NCBI RefSeq assembly: GCF_964204645.1
Contig: NC_134027.1
Span: forward strand, 18,810,560 to 18,874,559
Direction of reading: 5' to 3'
Length of the DNA: 64,000 bases
Origin: Tubulanus polymorphus
Lineage: Eukaryota > Animalia > Nemertea
The notes under the pieces were generated by a model that was given only the letters and a program-made list of their open reading frames with translations, made no database searches and was not told where the DNA came from. Positions 48,501 through 62,500 of the stretch are shown here, piece by piece. Made by a program: the position numbers and the translations under genes. Numbering within the stretch: the stretch's first letter is position 1; each line of letters starts with the position of its first letter.

Positions 48501-50735
48501 AGATTGGAATCCTTACTCAACTTCTGTTTCAAATTCCTAAACCTCACCTTAGCCACATGGCGATTATCAGGCATTTGGAGATGTGGATCCCGCCAGAGCA
48601 TCTATCTCATAATGACCATTGACTATCTTACATGAACTATTTAACAACTCGAGACTTTTTGTCTTCAACTGAATCACCTAAAGTAGGGGAAAACAAATTA
48701 GTAGACTCCACCTTCCAGAACAGCTCCACTTGAGCCTTCTCTTCCTGAGCATAAGCCTTAGCCAGATAACTAGATACGCGCCCTGCTCATCTGAACCTCC
48801 CATAAGACTCAAACCAAGAGGGGTTTTAATTGCGAATAGATAAGAATCATCAGGACCGGGACGAACCTCCAACTGCAGGTGTGCCCTTTGAACATTGGCA
48901 CCAATCAATATCCTTGACAAATGTATGACAAATCTCATCGAGAGGGACATGAGTGAAATAACTAAAATCTCTTTTAGTCTGTGACGAACAATTAAAGTGC
49001 CCATGACGTGTTCAGGCGCCAACAACATTAATAAGTTGGTTACCATACTGGCTGCCCTTAGAAAGTGATACTAACCGGGAGCGTTCACTACCCTCGGAAT
49101 TAAGTGTACATATTGTGAGTTCACCTTCCCTACCTTTTAAACCCAGTTCCCGCGCTAGGTCCGATTCAATGAGACTTACATTGCTAGCAGAATCTAGTAA
49201 AGCATGTGTGGAAATCTGCCTTCCGTTTCTACCATATACTATAACCGGTAACATTTGAATTTTTTCCTTCGAAGACGATTCTGACAACACACCAATCTGA
49301 TTCACCGCGGATTTAGGTTTGTCTGGTTCGACGGTAGTTTCTAACTAAGTTTTGGTCTGAACAATCGCAGGTGGGCGTGCAATGGGTGAGGCCCATGAAC
49401 GGTGTTGTATGGTGTTTTTTACCGCAGTTTCCCTGCATGTACCCTTCGAAGAACAGGTTGCAATAACATGACCCGAAAAAAAGACAATTGATACACAGGT
49501 TATGACCTTTTACAAACGGAAACCTTTCCGAGACTGACTTAACTAAATATTCTTTACGCTTTGAAAGGTGATGCAATTGTTTACACAGAGGACAAACATT
49601 TTGTTTACTATTAACATTATTACATGAACCAACTGTATTTCTAACACTGACGTTCTGTGTAGCTTGTTTTTTTATTTGGAATCACAAATGGACCACAGTC
49701 TGAGTCAACACAATCTTTTAACCAGTTCATCATTTCAACTAGCGACGGATTTTGATACCTTTTTACGTAATCATTCCATTTTGATCGTTTTTCCATCGGA
49801 ATACGACGTGATGCCTTTAACACGACTTCACCGCTACCTCTATTTCATACTGATAGTTTAAACGAATCAACGTGGCTACACAATCCCGGACTTCGATATA
49901 AAGGTCTCGAAGGGCTATAGAGTCATAGGAAGGTACTTGGCCCCCACCTACACCTAAAGCATCAATATACGCCCTACTTATACCTACACGATGTGCAGAT
50001 GCAGATTTCAACTCTTTTAAACAATCTGCATAATTGGTCGCCGAGTATCCCATTCCTTGAATCAGTTTCTTGGCTTCGCCCATGACGTGGGATTGCAACA
50101 AATCCATTCGACGGACATCACTGATACCCGGCCTGTCGTGGATTTGGGTATGAAACAATTCGATGAACCTCGGCCACAGTAAAGGGGATCCATCGAAAAC
50201 GGGGAATTCAACTTTCGGCAAGTCTCTGTCAACATATAATTGGGATAGAGCTAACTCGATACTTACATCATCTCCGGATGACTGTTTCACTGCCGGATAC
50301 CAACTCGTCGATCCAACCGTCGATATCGGAAGTGACTGACGAACTGGACTATGATATGGACGCGGAAGACTGCGTAGACTGTGCCGTTGACCGAGTCGAC
50401 TCTCTCATAGACTGCGTCGTTGCTGTAAATGCTGTCGCGTTCGGATTCAGCGGCGGTGACGATTCAGCAGTCTTCTCCGCAAGGTCTTGGAGAGCTTTCA
50501 TAGTTTTATCGTGGTACGCCTCGAACCAGGTTTCTTCGTTTTCGATTTCGTTCTCCTCCAGCTGTACAACAAATTCGCCCTGTACTTTCTGAAGAGTGTT
50601 GAATTGCTTCTTAATCTTTTGAGCCAGGATATCGACCCCTGGACGCGATACTGTTTCCACCCTGGCGATACTCTTCGTGAGCCAACCCGCTAACCCGTGA
50701 CTAGCCCGCGATTTCCTGAGCAGGTCGGTAGACAA
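45539..50735 (-). pseudogene. Outer BEL gag-pol, many stops and frameshifts
   Basis: FDGSPLLWPRF, ALLDSASN, WYLPHH, FYVDD, FSDAS, WTDSM, GCDYF, SDNGTN, FGGVWERLV. Confidence 0.92.
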
Positions 50736-51013
50736 TGGGTTGACGGACTTGTATTCCCTCGGTTCCTGACGAAAGCAACTCAACAAACACACGTTCGAAC
50801 TATATGGCATTTCCATTTATTACTCCCCAAAATCTCAAATTCACATGATATGATATGTAACCATGAAACTAGTACAGTGAAGATTATATATAGCTGACGC
50901 GACACGTGACAACTTGTATTCATAAGATATTCACGATACAACATGGACATAATACATCAATACTAACAGTACTGTATTTGAGTTTAACAAATCAAGTATA
51001 TTTACAAACAGTT

Positions 51014-54000
51014 TTAGATTTCAGAGTCCTCCCGGCACAAGATATCACTGATACGACGTTCTGCAGCCGCCGCTGCGGAACATTTCGCAGGTCGTTCCTT
51101 AATCTCAACGTCGCCACTCTTTTCCTCGGATTTGACGCAATTTCGAACATCCGCTGCGAATACCTCCAAAGGATATAACTTCGATACTGGTCGTGAGGTA
51201 ACACCTTTGGCGGTTTTAAGCGTTGCGGATCGCGCTCCCGGATGAACGGATATTACAATAGCGAGATTCCATTTTAAACGAGATGTTCCGTCCTCGTGAA
51301 TTTGAACAATCGCTCCTGGAACTATGTAATTAGAACTCCCGGATTTCTTATGTGATTCTCGCAACGACACTAAATATTCGTGTTTCCAACGTATCCAAAA
51401 CGAGCGTAACACAGATTCTAAGTAGCGTTTTCTTTCGACGATATCAGTAATAGTCGGCTGGTAGTCATCTAGATCGAATTCTAGATGTGGTAATACACAT
51501 AATTTCCTGCCGATGAGTAGATGAGAAGGTGTTAGCGGATTTTCATCGTTTATATCACCGGATACATAAGTTAACGGCCGATCGTTTAAACAGGCCTCTA
51601 TCTCAGTTAACAAAGTACGTAATTCATCGAAAGAACAAAGTGAACGACCTAAACCCTTTTTAATTCCGGTTTAGTTAATCCCACCATGCTCTCCCAAAAT
51701 CCACCATGCCAGGGGGCTCGTTTAACTATAATGCACCATTGTATGCCCTGTGTCGTTAACTCGTGCCTTAAATCTGGCGATCGAAGTAACCGCATCAACT
51801 CTTTCTCTGCACATTCGAAAGTTGATGCATTGTCAGATAATAAAATCTTCGGTAATGACCGTCGTGCAACGAATCTACGAAAAGTTAACATAAAATCAGG
51901 CGTAGACAATGAACTGACGAGTTTCAAATGGACAGCACAAGTAACGGCACAGGTGAATAGGCACCCGTAATATTTTTTAAGATCAGAATTACTTTTGGCA
52001 TACATAGGACCGAAGAAATCAACTCCCGTGTGATAAAAAAGCTGGCACATCAATTACGCGGCATGGTGGGAGGGGTGGTGGGTCAGGCAAACGGTACGGT
52101 AATGATGCTACGATGCGTCATGTTACACATCTTCTTATAGTATTCTTTTAGTATCATTTGTCGCGCAAACGGAACCCAGTAGGTGTCTCGAAGTTTTGTT
52201 AATGTAGCACCCACTCCAAAATGGAGCGTTTCATAATGAGTTCTAGACTGATGTCGTCGTCGTGAACATTGTTGCCTAACTCACCTCATTTGTTATCTCA
52301 TCAGAAAGTACTGAATTCACAGAAATATCAGTCGGCCAATCAGTCCTGGAAAGTAGCCAAGAAGGGCCTTGTTTCCATAATTCAGAGTCTCTTATATCTT
52401 TTGCAGTCAAGCCTCTAGTCAATAAATCCGACGGATTATCTGCTGAGCGACAGAATCGCCAGAGAGAACCAGCGGTTAAATTGTTGATGTGTCCAACTCG
52501 ATTCGAAATAAAGATAGAACCGGCTTTAGTAGGGGGGATTTAAGCCAGCCTAGTACAATTTGACTGTCTGTCCAATAATGTACGTCACAATTACATCCCA
52601 TTTTCGTAACCTTGCTGATGTCGTAGCAGCCATCAGTTCTAATCTCGGAAGAGTCATTGGATATATCGGAGCAACCCTTGACTGAGACAAAACTAACACT
52701 GAGTTTGTATTGGAGACCAAATTATCAGTGGAACCGTAGGCTTTCTGACTGACATCTCCAAAAACATGAATGTTACAGTCATCAGGAGTAGTGGAAATCG
52801 CTGGAAAATACTGTCTCGGTATAAACAAATTAGACATAGCATCATGGATATCTTGCTGAATTGATTTCCACTCAGTACCGATAGAAACGTGAATCCCAAT
52901 CAAACTTTGCAGACCATAACCTTTGTAGAAGTATCTTAGCCCGTATAGGGACAGGTCTTACTAAGCCCAAAGGGTCAAAAACCTTTGCGATTTGTTGTAA
53001 TATAGAACGCTTTGTAGTAGGTTCAGAATAGAAAACGTCGTTTACAGGAAAAAGGAGCGTATCTTCGATAGCATTCCAAGGAATACCGAAAACCTTAGCT
53101 GTAGTGGAAGATTCCTTTACGCCGTCGTTGTTAGCTAGTTGCATCACTGTGTCCGAACTGGATAACCAACATCGGAGATTAAAATTGACAATAGTCATTA
53201 ATTCACGAGAAGCCAAGTAAAACTTAACTAATTCATCTTCCGAAAAGAAACTTGAAACAATGTTGTCAACATATACGTCATGTAATATTTTCTGAGCAAC
53301 TGGAGAATCTGAATTACGTATATGATGTATCAATGTGCTATTGAGTATAAAGGGACTTGATGTGGCACCAAACAATACCCGTTTAAAACGATAGATATCG
53401 AAATCACTTTTTGGATCATGACGATCTCTCAACCAAAAAAATCTAGTCATGTCTCTATCATCCTCGTGAAGCCCTACACTAAGAAAAGCTTTTTCAATAT
53501 CGGTAATGGCTGCGTAGGGACCAAGACGAAATCTTATAAGAATGTCTACGATGTCCTTTTGTAATGCTGGACCAGACTCCAAGCAGTCATTGAGAGAAGG
53601 CATACTAGGTGATTGAGAAAAACTGCAATCAAACACTATGTGGACGGGCATAGTAGACTGGGTGATGTGGAATGTAATGAACAATATCGGAAAAATATGG
53701 AAATTCTATCTTCTCGATAAAATCACGTGTAAGTTGTTCGTCGATAATGTCACCGTAAACCTGAAATAAATGTGGTGATAAAGCCAGTCTGTTGATAGTT
53801 GAACGTGTTCCGCGCCACCAATTCAATATTACTAGGTGATGGTGGATGGTTATGCTTCCATGGGAGTCGAGCGTAGTATAAACCATCTGAAAACGTTATG
53901 GAATTCTCGCAATAGTTATCAAGAAAACTGACATTGTAGTCACATGGAGGTTGAATTCCAATAGTTTCCAAAGCCCAAAATTGGCTTAAGTCGGTTTTGT

Positions 54001-55938
54001 TAGATTCAGTAATTGCTGATAAAATAGTTGGCAGCGGAGTCGTCGATTAAGGGGCCGCAAAAAATGTAGCCCAATTTGGAGTCAACGATAACTGGACCGT
54101 CGTTAGATACTCGCCTAATCTTTCCGTCAATAAAATTATAGTAGTAGTCTGTGCCTATAAGTAATGTAACGTCAAATATATCTGAGTTTCCTGATACATG
54201 ACTCTGAGGGTGAGTTAATTCGTCTTGATTCAAACCGAGACCTTTGGATAAATCAGTCGGTACTTTTAATGGGTTGGTTATGTTTGGGAACACCAATGCC
54301 TCAATCGCAAATTTAGAGTGATCATTACACATAACTTCTGACTTTATCCAAAATTCTACATTTACGTTCGTTAGAACCAAATATTGCAATATTTAGATTT
54401 ACCTGCCCAATGTGGTGTAAACCTAAATCTTGCACAAGCCCCTTTGAAATGAACGTATGTGTCGAACCATCGTCAAACATTATGTGAGCGGTGGAAAAAT
54501 TTCCATTCTCACTGCAAACATCGGCAATAGCAGTTTTTAACAATATACATTTTGACTGTTCACAGGACTGAGACGTAGCTATACACTGATTACTAGAATT
54601 GCCTGAATTAGTTACGTTCTCCCGACTATTAAACTCTTCGGAATGGTTCTTAAACAATGGAGCTAATTTATTTCCAAAAGGAGCGACAGATGAATTATTC
54701 GATTGTGAACCGGAACACGTGTTAAAACGTTCATTGCAAATACTAGTGTGATGTTTTTTCATACATTTCAAACATCGTTTAGGCGATCTACATTTTACGG
54801 CTTTATGATTATACCTCAAGCAATTATTACACAAACATTTCTTTGCTATTACGTCTAATCTCGATTGAAGATCTTTGACCACAGGACAATCTGTCGAATA
54901 ATGACCATTCATACAATAAGAACATTTTATTGAATACCTATTTCTACCCTGTTGCCTATTACCGTTAACACCGTTGCCTGAACATAATAACTGGGTAGCA
55001 GTACCGTAATCGGGCGTTCCATCTGACTGATCGATTGTCATGCATGATTCCATTATTTTTACGTCCCTCAAAATAAAAGTCCTAAGATCATTGATATCCC
55101 ATTCACAATCCCCATGTGTTTTTGCTAAATCTCGTTTTATTTCTACTGGTAACTTTTTCATCAAAATGGGAACGAGAATAGTTCCGTTGGAATCGGGTTT
55201 CTTATTCAAAGATTCAAGAGTGCGAATGTGAGATTCAATTGTGTCGTAAAATCGACGCATAGATTTAACCGTATAATTTGGTCTTTGAATATCTATTAAA
55301 GTTTCAATGATATTTTCTACGATCTTATGAGGACGACCGAAGCGATCAGTCAGCAGATCTACTGCCGTTTGATAATTTTCATGAATTAAAGGAAGGCCGT
55401 CGATCGTTAACTTCGCATCACCGAACAGAACACTTTTTAGGTGCGAAAATTTTTGAATGTTATTCAAATTGGTATTGTTGTGAACGCAGGATTCGTACAG
55501 GTCCCAAAAAGTTTTCCATTCTAGGACATTCCCGCCAAATTTCATCAACTGAATTTTCCGTAACTTTATCGAATATTTCATAGAACTTTGTTCTGAGGTT
55601 TTTTGAAAGTTCTCACCGCTACGCGACTGAAACGATAACTCTTTAACCGCCAGATCCATCTCATATATCGCACTAGATAAATTCGAATTATATTCGTCGC
55701 TCTCAATTATGAAAGATTCGAGCGAATACTCCTTTTTGAATTCTGCGTAATTCACAATTTTCTGAACGATTTCTTCTAATTGTTTAATCTTGCGTCGTAA
55801 ATTCAGTAGGGTCGAATTAGATTTAATGATGTTACCTTTACTAATGTAAAATTCGCATTCTCGCAATAACGTTGTGCACCGACCTCTGTGTCCTCTACGG
55901 ATATTTTTCTCCTTTTCGACGTCGAATTCTGTCGCCAT
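51014..55938 (-). pseudogene. Inner BEL gag-pol, disrupted
   Basis: 542-aa gag-PR ORF (FGGNVLEWKTFW, Cys knuckles, FDDGS); RT VYVDN; RH FGDVS; IN GVDFFGP/SDNA/GGFWE; deletion between RH and IN. Confidence 0.92.
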
Positions 55939-56038
55939 GTTGACAAATTTCAATTTTCTGAATTCTTCGAATTTGTTGAATTAACTCTTCGTCTTCTTCT
56001 AACGTTTAACGATTAACTGGTAGCATTTCTCACTTCTC

Positions 56039-56054
56039 GCGGTTCGAGGGACCA
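56039..56054 (-). promoter_or_regulatory. Inner BEL PBS, tRNA-Tyr-like
   Basis: Minus strand TGGTCCCTCGAACCG versus the recalled tRNA-Tyr complement TGGTCCTTCGAGCCG. Confidence 0.7.
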
Positions 56055-56364
56055 AAATGTGTTGACGGACTTGTATTTCCTCGGTTCCTGACGAAAAGCA
56101 ACTCAACAAACACACGTTCGAACTATATGACATTTCCGTTCATTACTCCCCAAAATCTCAAATTCACATGATATGATATGTTCACGTAACCATGAAACTC
56201 GTACAGTGACAACTTGTATTCATAAGATATTCACAATACAACATGGACATAATACATCAATACTAACAGTACTGTATTCAGTCACGACAGACATAGGTGT
56301 AGCTTCTTCGACGAATAGTTTCAACTTTTGTCTCCAACGATATGGGACAATCCGAAAGAAACCA

Positions 56365-56869
56365 AACGAACAAACAACCAACCGTTAGTTAACGGACTTG
56401 TTTTAATTTTAAGCGTCGATAATCGAAAAGTCGTTGACTACAAATTACAAAAAGCAGCAATAATAAGTATTTCATTACAAAATAGTTACATTACTTTAAA
56501 GACAAGTGCCTATTTACGGCAAATTATAGCACATTAAATTTACTAACTAGACCAAATTTTAGGCCAAACTACGCCAAATACCAAGTAAATGAAATGGCAC
56601 ATGAAGCTCACATTTACGTCATGAAAATTAGAATTCATCATACAGAAATGAGAGATTTAACAAATTTGCGAAACTTACAACTATATCCGCTGTTACCAGT
56701 AAAATGAGTACTTCTCAACTACCAACCTACGTGTGTACTACCACAAAACTGTGCGTAGGGCACGAAGTAAATTCAGTAATAAATCGGTGACCGAATAGAG
56801 GATTAAACTCGACACCCGAATGCAAAATTCACAAACCCCAGCGACACAAAACCCAGCGGTCTGGAAACA
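56365..56869 (-). repeat. Outer BEL 5' LTR
   Basis: Diverged direct repeat of 44772-45286. Confidence 0.88.
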
Positions 56870-57069
56870 GCTATATCAATTGGTGTGCTAGGTTTAAGTT
56901 CAAAATTCAATATAAAAAGTAATAAAGAAAAAACTAAATCTAATAATAAAGCAGCAAAGCAGTGATAACGGGTTTTCTGCACAGTTTTAGAATCCCGTTC
57001 AATGGCTAATAAGCCCGGTTAATTAGTAATCAATTTTATAAGAGGAAGGTCGACAAAAAGTCAATTAGA

Positions 57070-57485
57070 CAAACTTGAAACCATGGAAAACTGGACCAGA
57101 TGGACCTGTTTGACTCTGGAAAATCGACTGTTCGGCCATAATTACTCTTTATGATTTTGACAAAGCATTTGATAAGGTACAACATCAGCCATTACATAAA
57201 TTTAAGGAAACAGTATCAATAATAGGTCGCTCTAATGGCTCAGCAGTTATCTCTGAACGAAAACATGTGGCCGAAATCAACGGAACGCCACATCTTGGAA
57301 TAAGTCGGTCTAACTAGTGGAGTCACGCAAGGTAGTATCTTAAGTAGTCTTCTCTTTAATGTACTGATAAAGGACATACACAGTAATCTAAAATGTACCG
57401 GAACGAATAAATTTCCAAAACGACCTTAACACGCTTTGTTCCGTACATGGCCAGAAACAAGGAAGATGGGCTTCAATCTGAAAGG
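57070..57485 (+). pseudogene. LINE reverse-transcriptase relic
   Basis: YDFDKAFDKV, TSGVTQGSILSSLLF and MGFNLK remnants. Confidence 0.75.
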
Positions 57486-57888
57486 CATGATATGGATATT
57501 GGACACGAAAGAAAACTGTAGTAAAATTTCCGGTTTCGCCAAATTTTGGCGCTTATTTCAAATCACCTTTCTCCCGGATTTCAACGCTCCGTGTTTATTG
57601 TGTATATATCCTGTTTAATGCCCTTTTTCTTTAATGCCCTAATGTCCGGTTTTTCCGGGTCCTTGTGTATTTTCTTTAACCCTTCTGGTTGGATTGTATT
57701 TATAATTATTTTGTATACCTTTCGGAGTGCGGGGGTTCGACCCTTCTAACTATTTTTCCTAGAACATATTTTTTTGCTTATGTATATAGCATTTATTTAC
57801 CCTTTTTATAATAGTTTTTGTTTTGTTTTTTCTCGTGTCCGCCGCGACCTTTTGTAGCTGGAACCTCGAAATCACGTGGCACGCGTGA

Positions 57889-57938
57889 CCAATGTTCCAG
57901 CCAATGAGAGCGCGGGGGGACAATCGCGCTCTATAAAA
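57889..57938 (+). promoter_or_regulatory. Putative LTR promoter (two CCAAT boxes plus TATAAAA)
   Basis: CCAAT at 57889 and 57901, TATAAAA at 57932, in a GC-rich context upstream of gag. Confidence 0.6.
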
Positions 57939-58254
57939 GGCGAGCGGCGCGCGAGATTCAACAACAAACCGTTCACTCGGACTGTCCGGGCTACTTCAAG
58001 CGCCGCCAGAATAGGACGCTAAGTCGATATCAGTTACGCTTTCCAGCTAAGTCAAAATGTAAGAACCGTCGTCCGCGTGATCCCGTGTCCACCTCTGGAC
58101 ACCGCGTATGCTCGCCTTGCGATAGAACATGTAAATTATCCCCGGGTTCATTGCTTATTGATGTCCGGCCTGCGATCGACGTTGTCCCCGGCGGACATGG
58201 TTGTCCCCGGAACCCGCGGATTCGTTGTCCGGGAGCCTAGTGTAAATAGTCATA

Positions 58255-59510
58255 GTATAGTTTAGTTTATTTTTCATAATAGATTGATTGATACAAAGAT
58301 GTGTAATTATACAATACGATACAGTATGAAAATATAATAACAATCAATCATTGTAGCAATAGATTATGCGAGGAATTAGGGAAAGCCAAAGTTGGCTTAA
58401 ACTAGTCCTAATCCCTCGTCCATTCACTCCCACATGCACACCCTCATTCACTCTCATGTGCACACGTTTCCAAACAAATGGTTACATACATACATTCAAA
58501 ATGGAAGAACAAGCTAGTAGCACGCAAAGGGTATCAATCAATATCTAGAACTAAGGAAATGATGAAGACTATTTTTAAAAGCTGATGGAGATTGAGGGCA
58601 TTTAAGGCTTGTGCTTAAACTGTTCCAGAATTTGGCCCCTTGGATTTTGACAGACTTGTATTTGTAATTGGAGTTAGCAAATGCTATATGTAGGTCCCGC
58701 GGCCTGCGAGTCGGCCTACATAAATATTGGTTCTAAAGTTAAAGAAATGATTGAAAATTTCAGGTAGGCGATGGCTAACCTGTTGGAAGACAGAATAACC
58801 AATTTGGAATTTGTAGATATCTTCCAGTTTTTGTAGTTTGCGAAATATTGGAGAGGTGTGTTCAAGCCAATAAGATTGAGTAATGGTTCTAAGGGCCCTT
58901 TTTGTAGTTTAAATCAAGGTTGTAAATATGATGTACAGGCGTTACCCCAAACAAGATTTGCATTCTGCAAATGCGAGTGGACCAAACAATGATAGAGATT
59001 TTTGAGAATATCGAATGGCAGGAAGTTTTTGAGTCTATTGATTATTCCAATCCCCCGAGAAACCTTTTTACAGACAGACGATATATGATCTTTCCATGTT
59101 AAATTACGATAGAAAATTACACCTAAAAATTTCGCACTATCAACACGATTAATGATTTTATCTTCAAGAAAGATATTAAGTCCTAGGTGGCCCCTATTGC
59201 CAAATACCATATACTGAGTTTTATCTATATTAACAGATAATCTATTGGCTCTAAACCACTGTAATAAATTTGATAGTTCCGAATTTGATGTATGCTCTAA
59301 TTTTTTTTTGGGTCTCGATCACTGTAAAAAAGTTGCTGTCATCTGCAAATAGTATTGATTGTAAAGGCTTACAAGAGGATGGACAGTCATTGATATAAAT
59401 AAGAAACAGCGGGGGATCTAAAATAGACCCCTGTGGGACTTCGGGAGTAATAATTTTGTGGTTAGATAAACAATTATTAAACTTTACAGCTTGATGTAGA
59501 ACGACTGTGA
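58255..59510 (-). mobile_element. 5'-truncated LINE (L2/Crack/Daphne-like)
   Basis: PQGSILDPPLFLIYIND, ILFADDS, KFLGV...LTWKDHI; minus-strand AATAAA followed by an ACTAA/ACTAT tail; candidate TSD TCATA. Confidence 0.85.
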
Positions 59511-62500
59511 TCATATAATAATAATGTATATTTAGAAATTATCACGAGGTACAACGCCGGATTTAATCCGTCTGCAAAATAAATGTACACACAGTTACTA
59601 TTTCAAATTAAGAATGCCGTTTTTGAGTTGTCGTGGACGTTTGGAGTGAGGAAGAGAGTTAGAGTCATAACTTTTTAGGGCACGAGGAATCCGGTCAGTT
59701 GAGGAGAGGCCGGAGTCACGCTACCGACATTTTATCCGGCAGAGGGTTCCAGCTGAATTACTTCAAGAGGAGGACGAGTGGACCCGGACGTACCCGCCAA
59801 CGGTGAAGAGGCACGAAATAGGGGACGACGAGATGACGGACAATTCTAAAGAGACGACCGAAATGGACGGAGAGGCTGAGTTTACGGTGACCAGCCTTCC
59901 TCAAGGTGGAGACGGACCCGAACACGAAGACGACTTGTCATCGGACGACGAGGAGATGGGCATCGCGATCGTAGAAAACGATGAGGTCGACGATCATCCC
60001 GAGTGAGGAGATGGATCCCACGTGCAGTTTAGACTTCCGGCAAGTGCGCCACGAGCGAGAAGACCGGAACCATGTCGACCAGAAACGGTGCCAGATAGAT
60101 ACGATGGAAATGCGAGCTGGACAGACTTCGAGGTCCACATCGAGTCCGTGGCCAGTCTGAACCGAAGCGACGACGATGAAAAAGCGACATATCTCACCGT
60201 CAGCCTCAAGGGCAAGGCCCAACAAGTTTTGCGGGAACTGACAGTCGAAGAGCGCGAAGATTTTTGAAAGCCTGTGTTCAGCGTTGCGGTTGAGATTTCA
60301 AGTCCGAGAGGAGCTATATACGGCCGAACTCAGAGCCAGAATCAGAAAGCCAGGCGAGAGTCTCCCGGAGCTGGAGACAGCGTTCGGGAAACGACAACGC
60401 TCCGGTTCCAAGGGGCACCAAACGGAGATACTAAGCGAGATCGATCGGCCCCAACACGACCCAGTGGGCAATAATCTCGAGCAAAGCATACACCGCTATA
60501 CCAGAATCGTACCGACCTCGGCTCAAACCAACAACTCCCAGGCTACTCGGGGCCGACGGTGGCGATCTCTCTGTTGACGGATGAGCGACGGTTTCGTTGA
60601 CGTTTGGACAACGGAAGTTTCGGATGAGTATTATCGACGCGGGCATCGGAGAAGATGGAATTCTCGGCATGGATTTCTTGAAGAGAACTAACTCATTCCT
60701 CGACTTCGGAAATTCACTTCTCATCTGGGAAAACGAAGAGATTGTCCTCTATCCGAAGAGATTAATCGAACCCGATTCCTCGCGAGAACACTGGACAGCG
60801 TAGAGATACCCCCACGTCACCAAGCTACAATTCCTGTAACCGTTTCGGGCGATCGAGGGATACCGATGCTAGGCGTCGTCGAGGGAACTTCCAGATATGA
60901 GGGCGGTGACTTGGCAATTGCCAGAAGGTTAATCGACACCAGAACTGGGGACACAGCAAATTGTCTGCGTCTCATGAACTTGGGAGTTGAATCAATTGTT
61001 CTCCCTGGATCGACAGTGCTTGGTCGACTAACCGCTGTTTCAACAATCCGCTCGATGGACTTAAATACAGAAAACACTTGTCCAGGAGACGGAGACCCTT
61101 AGACAAGCGTCCCCGGTCACGTGCAACAACTGTACGAAACCAGCATCGAACATTTGAACCTGACGGAGGTCACGCGGCTTGCGGAGCTTTTAACTAAGCA
61201 CTCGAACGCTTTCTCCAGGACTGACGAGGACCTGGGAAAAACGGACCTCGTGCAACACGAAGTAAATACAGGGTACCACGCGCCAATAAGACAACCACCC
61301 AGGCTACCGCCACTCAGTAAACGGAAGGAGACCGAAGACTTGGTACAGGACATGTACCGGCGAGGCGGGCCCCGTTCCCCATGGTCCTCTGCGGTCCTAG
61401 TGACTAAGAAAGACGAAAGCACGCAGTTTTGTGTAGACTACAGGCGTCTAAACGACGTGACTACGATTGAAAGCGTCACCATCCCCAACATTAATCGGTC
61501 GCTAGAATGTCTAGGTGGAGCCATGTGGTTTAGTACCCTAGATTTGAACTCCGAATACTGGCGGGTTGAACTGAATGAAAGTGCCAAGGAGAAATCCGCT
61601 TTCAGCACCCAGAGTGGCCTGTGGCAGTTTACCGTTTTACCGTTTGGTATGTCCGGAGCTCCTGGAACGTTCGAACGACTTATGGAAATGGTACTTGTCG
61701 GTCTACAGTGGGAGGTCTGTCTAATTTACTTAGACGATATATTGATATTCAGCAACACCGTAGATGAGATGATCGAAAGGCTGGACTTAGTCCTCGCCAA
61801 ATTGGAAGAAGCGGGGCTCAAATTGAAACCTCAGAAATGCTCCCTGTTTCAACAGTCGGTGGCCTTCCTCGGTCACGTAGTCAGCGCAGCCAACACCCTC
61901 CAACGTTAGAGAAGTCCAAAGTTTTCTCGGTCTCGCCACCTACTATCGACGATTCGTCCCGGGGTTTGCAAAAATAGCCAGCAGCCTTCATCATCTGACC
62001 GCCAAAGACCAGAAATTCGTTTGGACGGAGGAACACGAGTCGGCGTTTCGCAATCTGAAACACAGGTTGACTAGCGCACCTATCCTAGCCTACCCGAATG
62101 CTATTGACCCTAATGTCCTAGACTGCGACGCGAGTGCTTTTAATATTGGCGGCGTTTTGAGCCAAGTACAGGAGGGCGAGGAAAGACCAATTGCCTACGG
62201 AAGTTGGACGCTAAATAGGGCCAAACAGAACTACTGCGTAACACGTAGGGAGTTGCTGGCCGTAGTATACTTCGTTAAGTACTACAAACACTTCCTGACC
62301 GGCCAGACTTTCCTGAAACGAACCGACCATAGCGCCCTCCGGTGGCTGATGAGCCTCAAGGAGCCCGAAGGACAAATTGCTCGCTGGCTGGAGTCTTTAT
62401 CGTCATTCCAATTACAAATCTAATACCGCAAGGGAACACAGCACGGAAACGCTGACGGACTGCCACGCATTCCCTGTCGTCAGTGCGACAAAATTGGCTA

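Larger units (their letters stand above)
50736..56289 (-). mobile_element. Degenerate BEL/Pao element (inner, Pao/Tas-like)
   Basis: LTRs 50736-~51027 and 56058-56289; TSD GACAA/GACAT (50731-50735, 56290-56294); PBS at 56039-56054. Confidence 0.9.
44772..56869 (-). mobile_element. Degenerate BEL/Pao element (outer), containing a nested BEL
   Basis: ~510-bp diverged direct repeats at 44772-45286 and 56365-56869; PPT AAGGGGGCGC (45287-45296, minus); candidate TSD GATAT/GCTAT with one mismatch. Confidence 0.9.
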
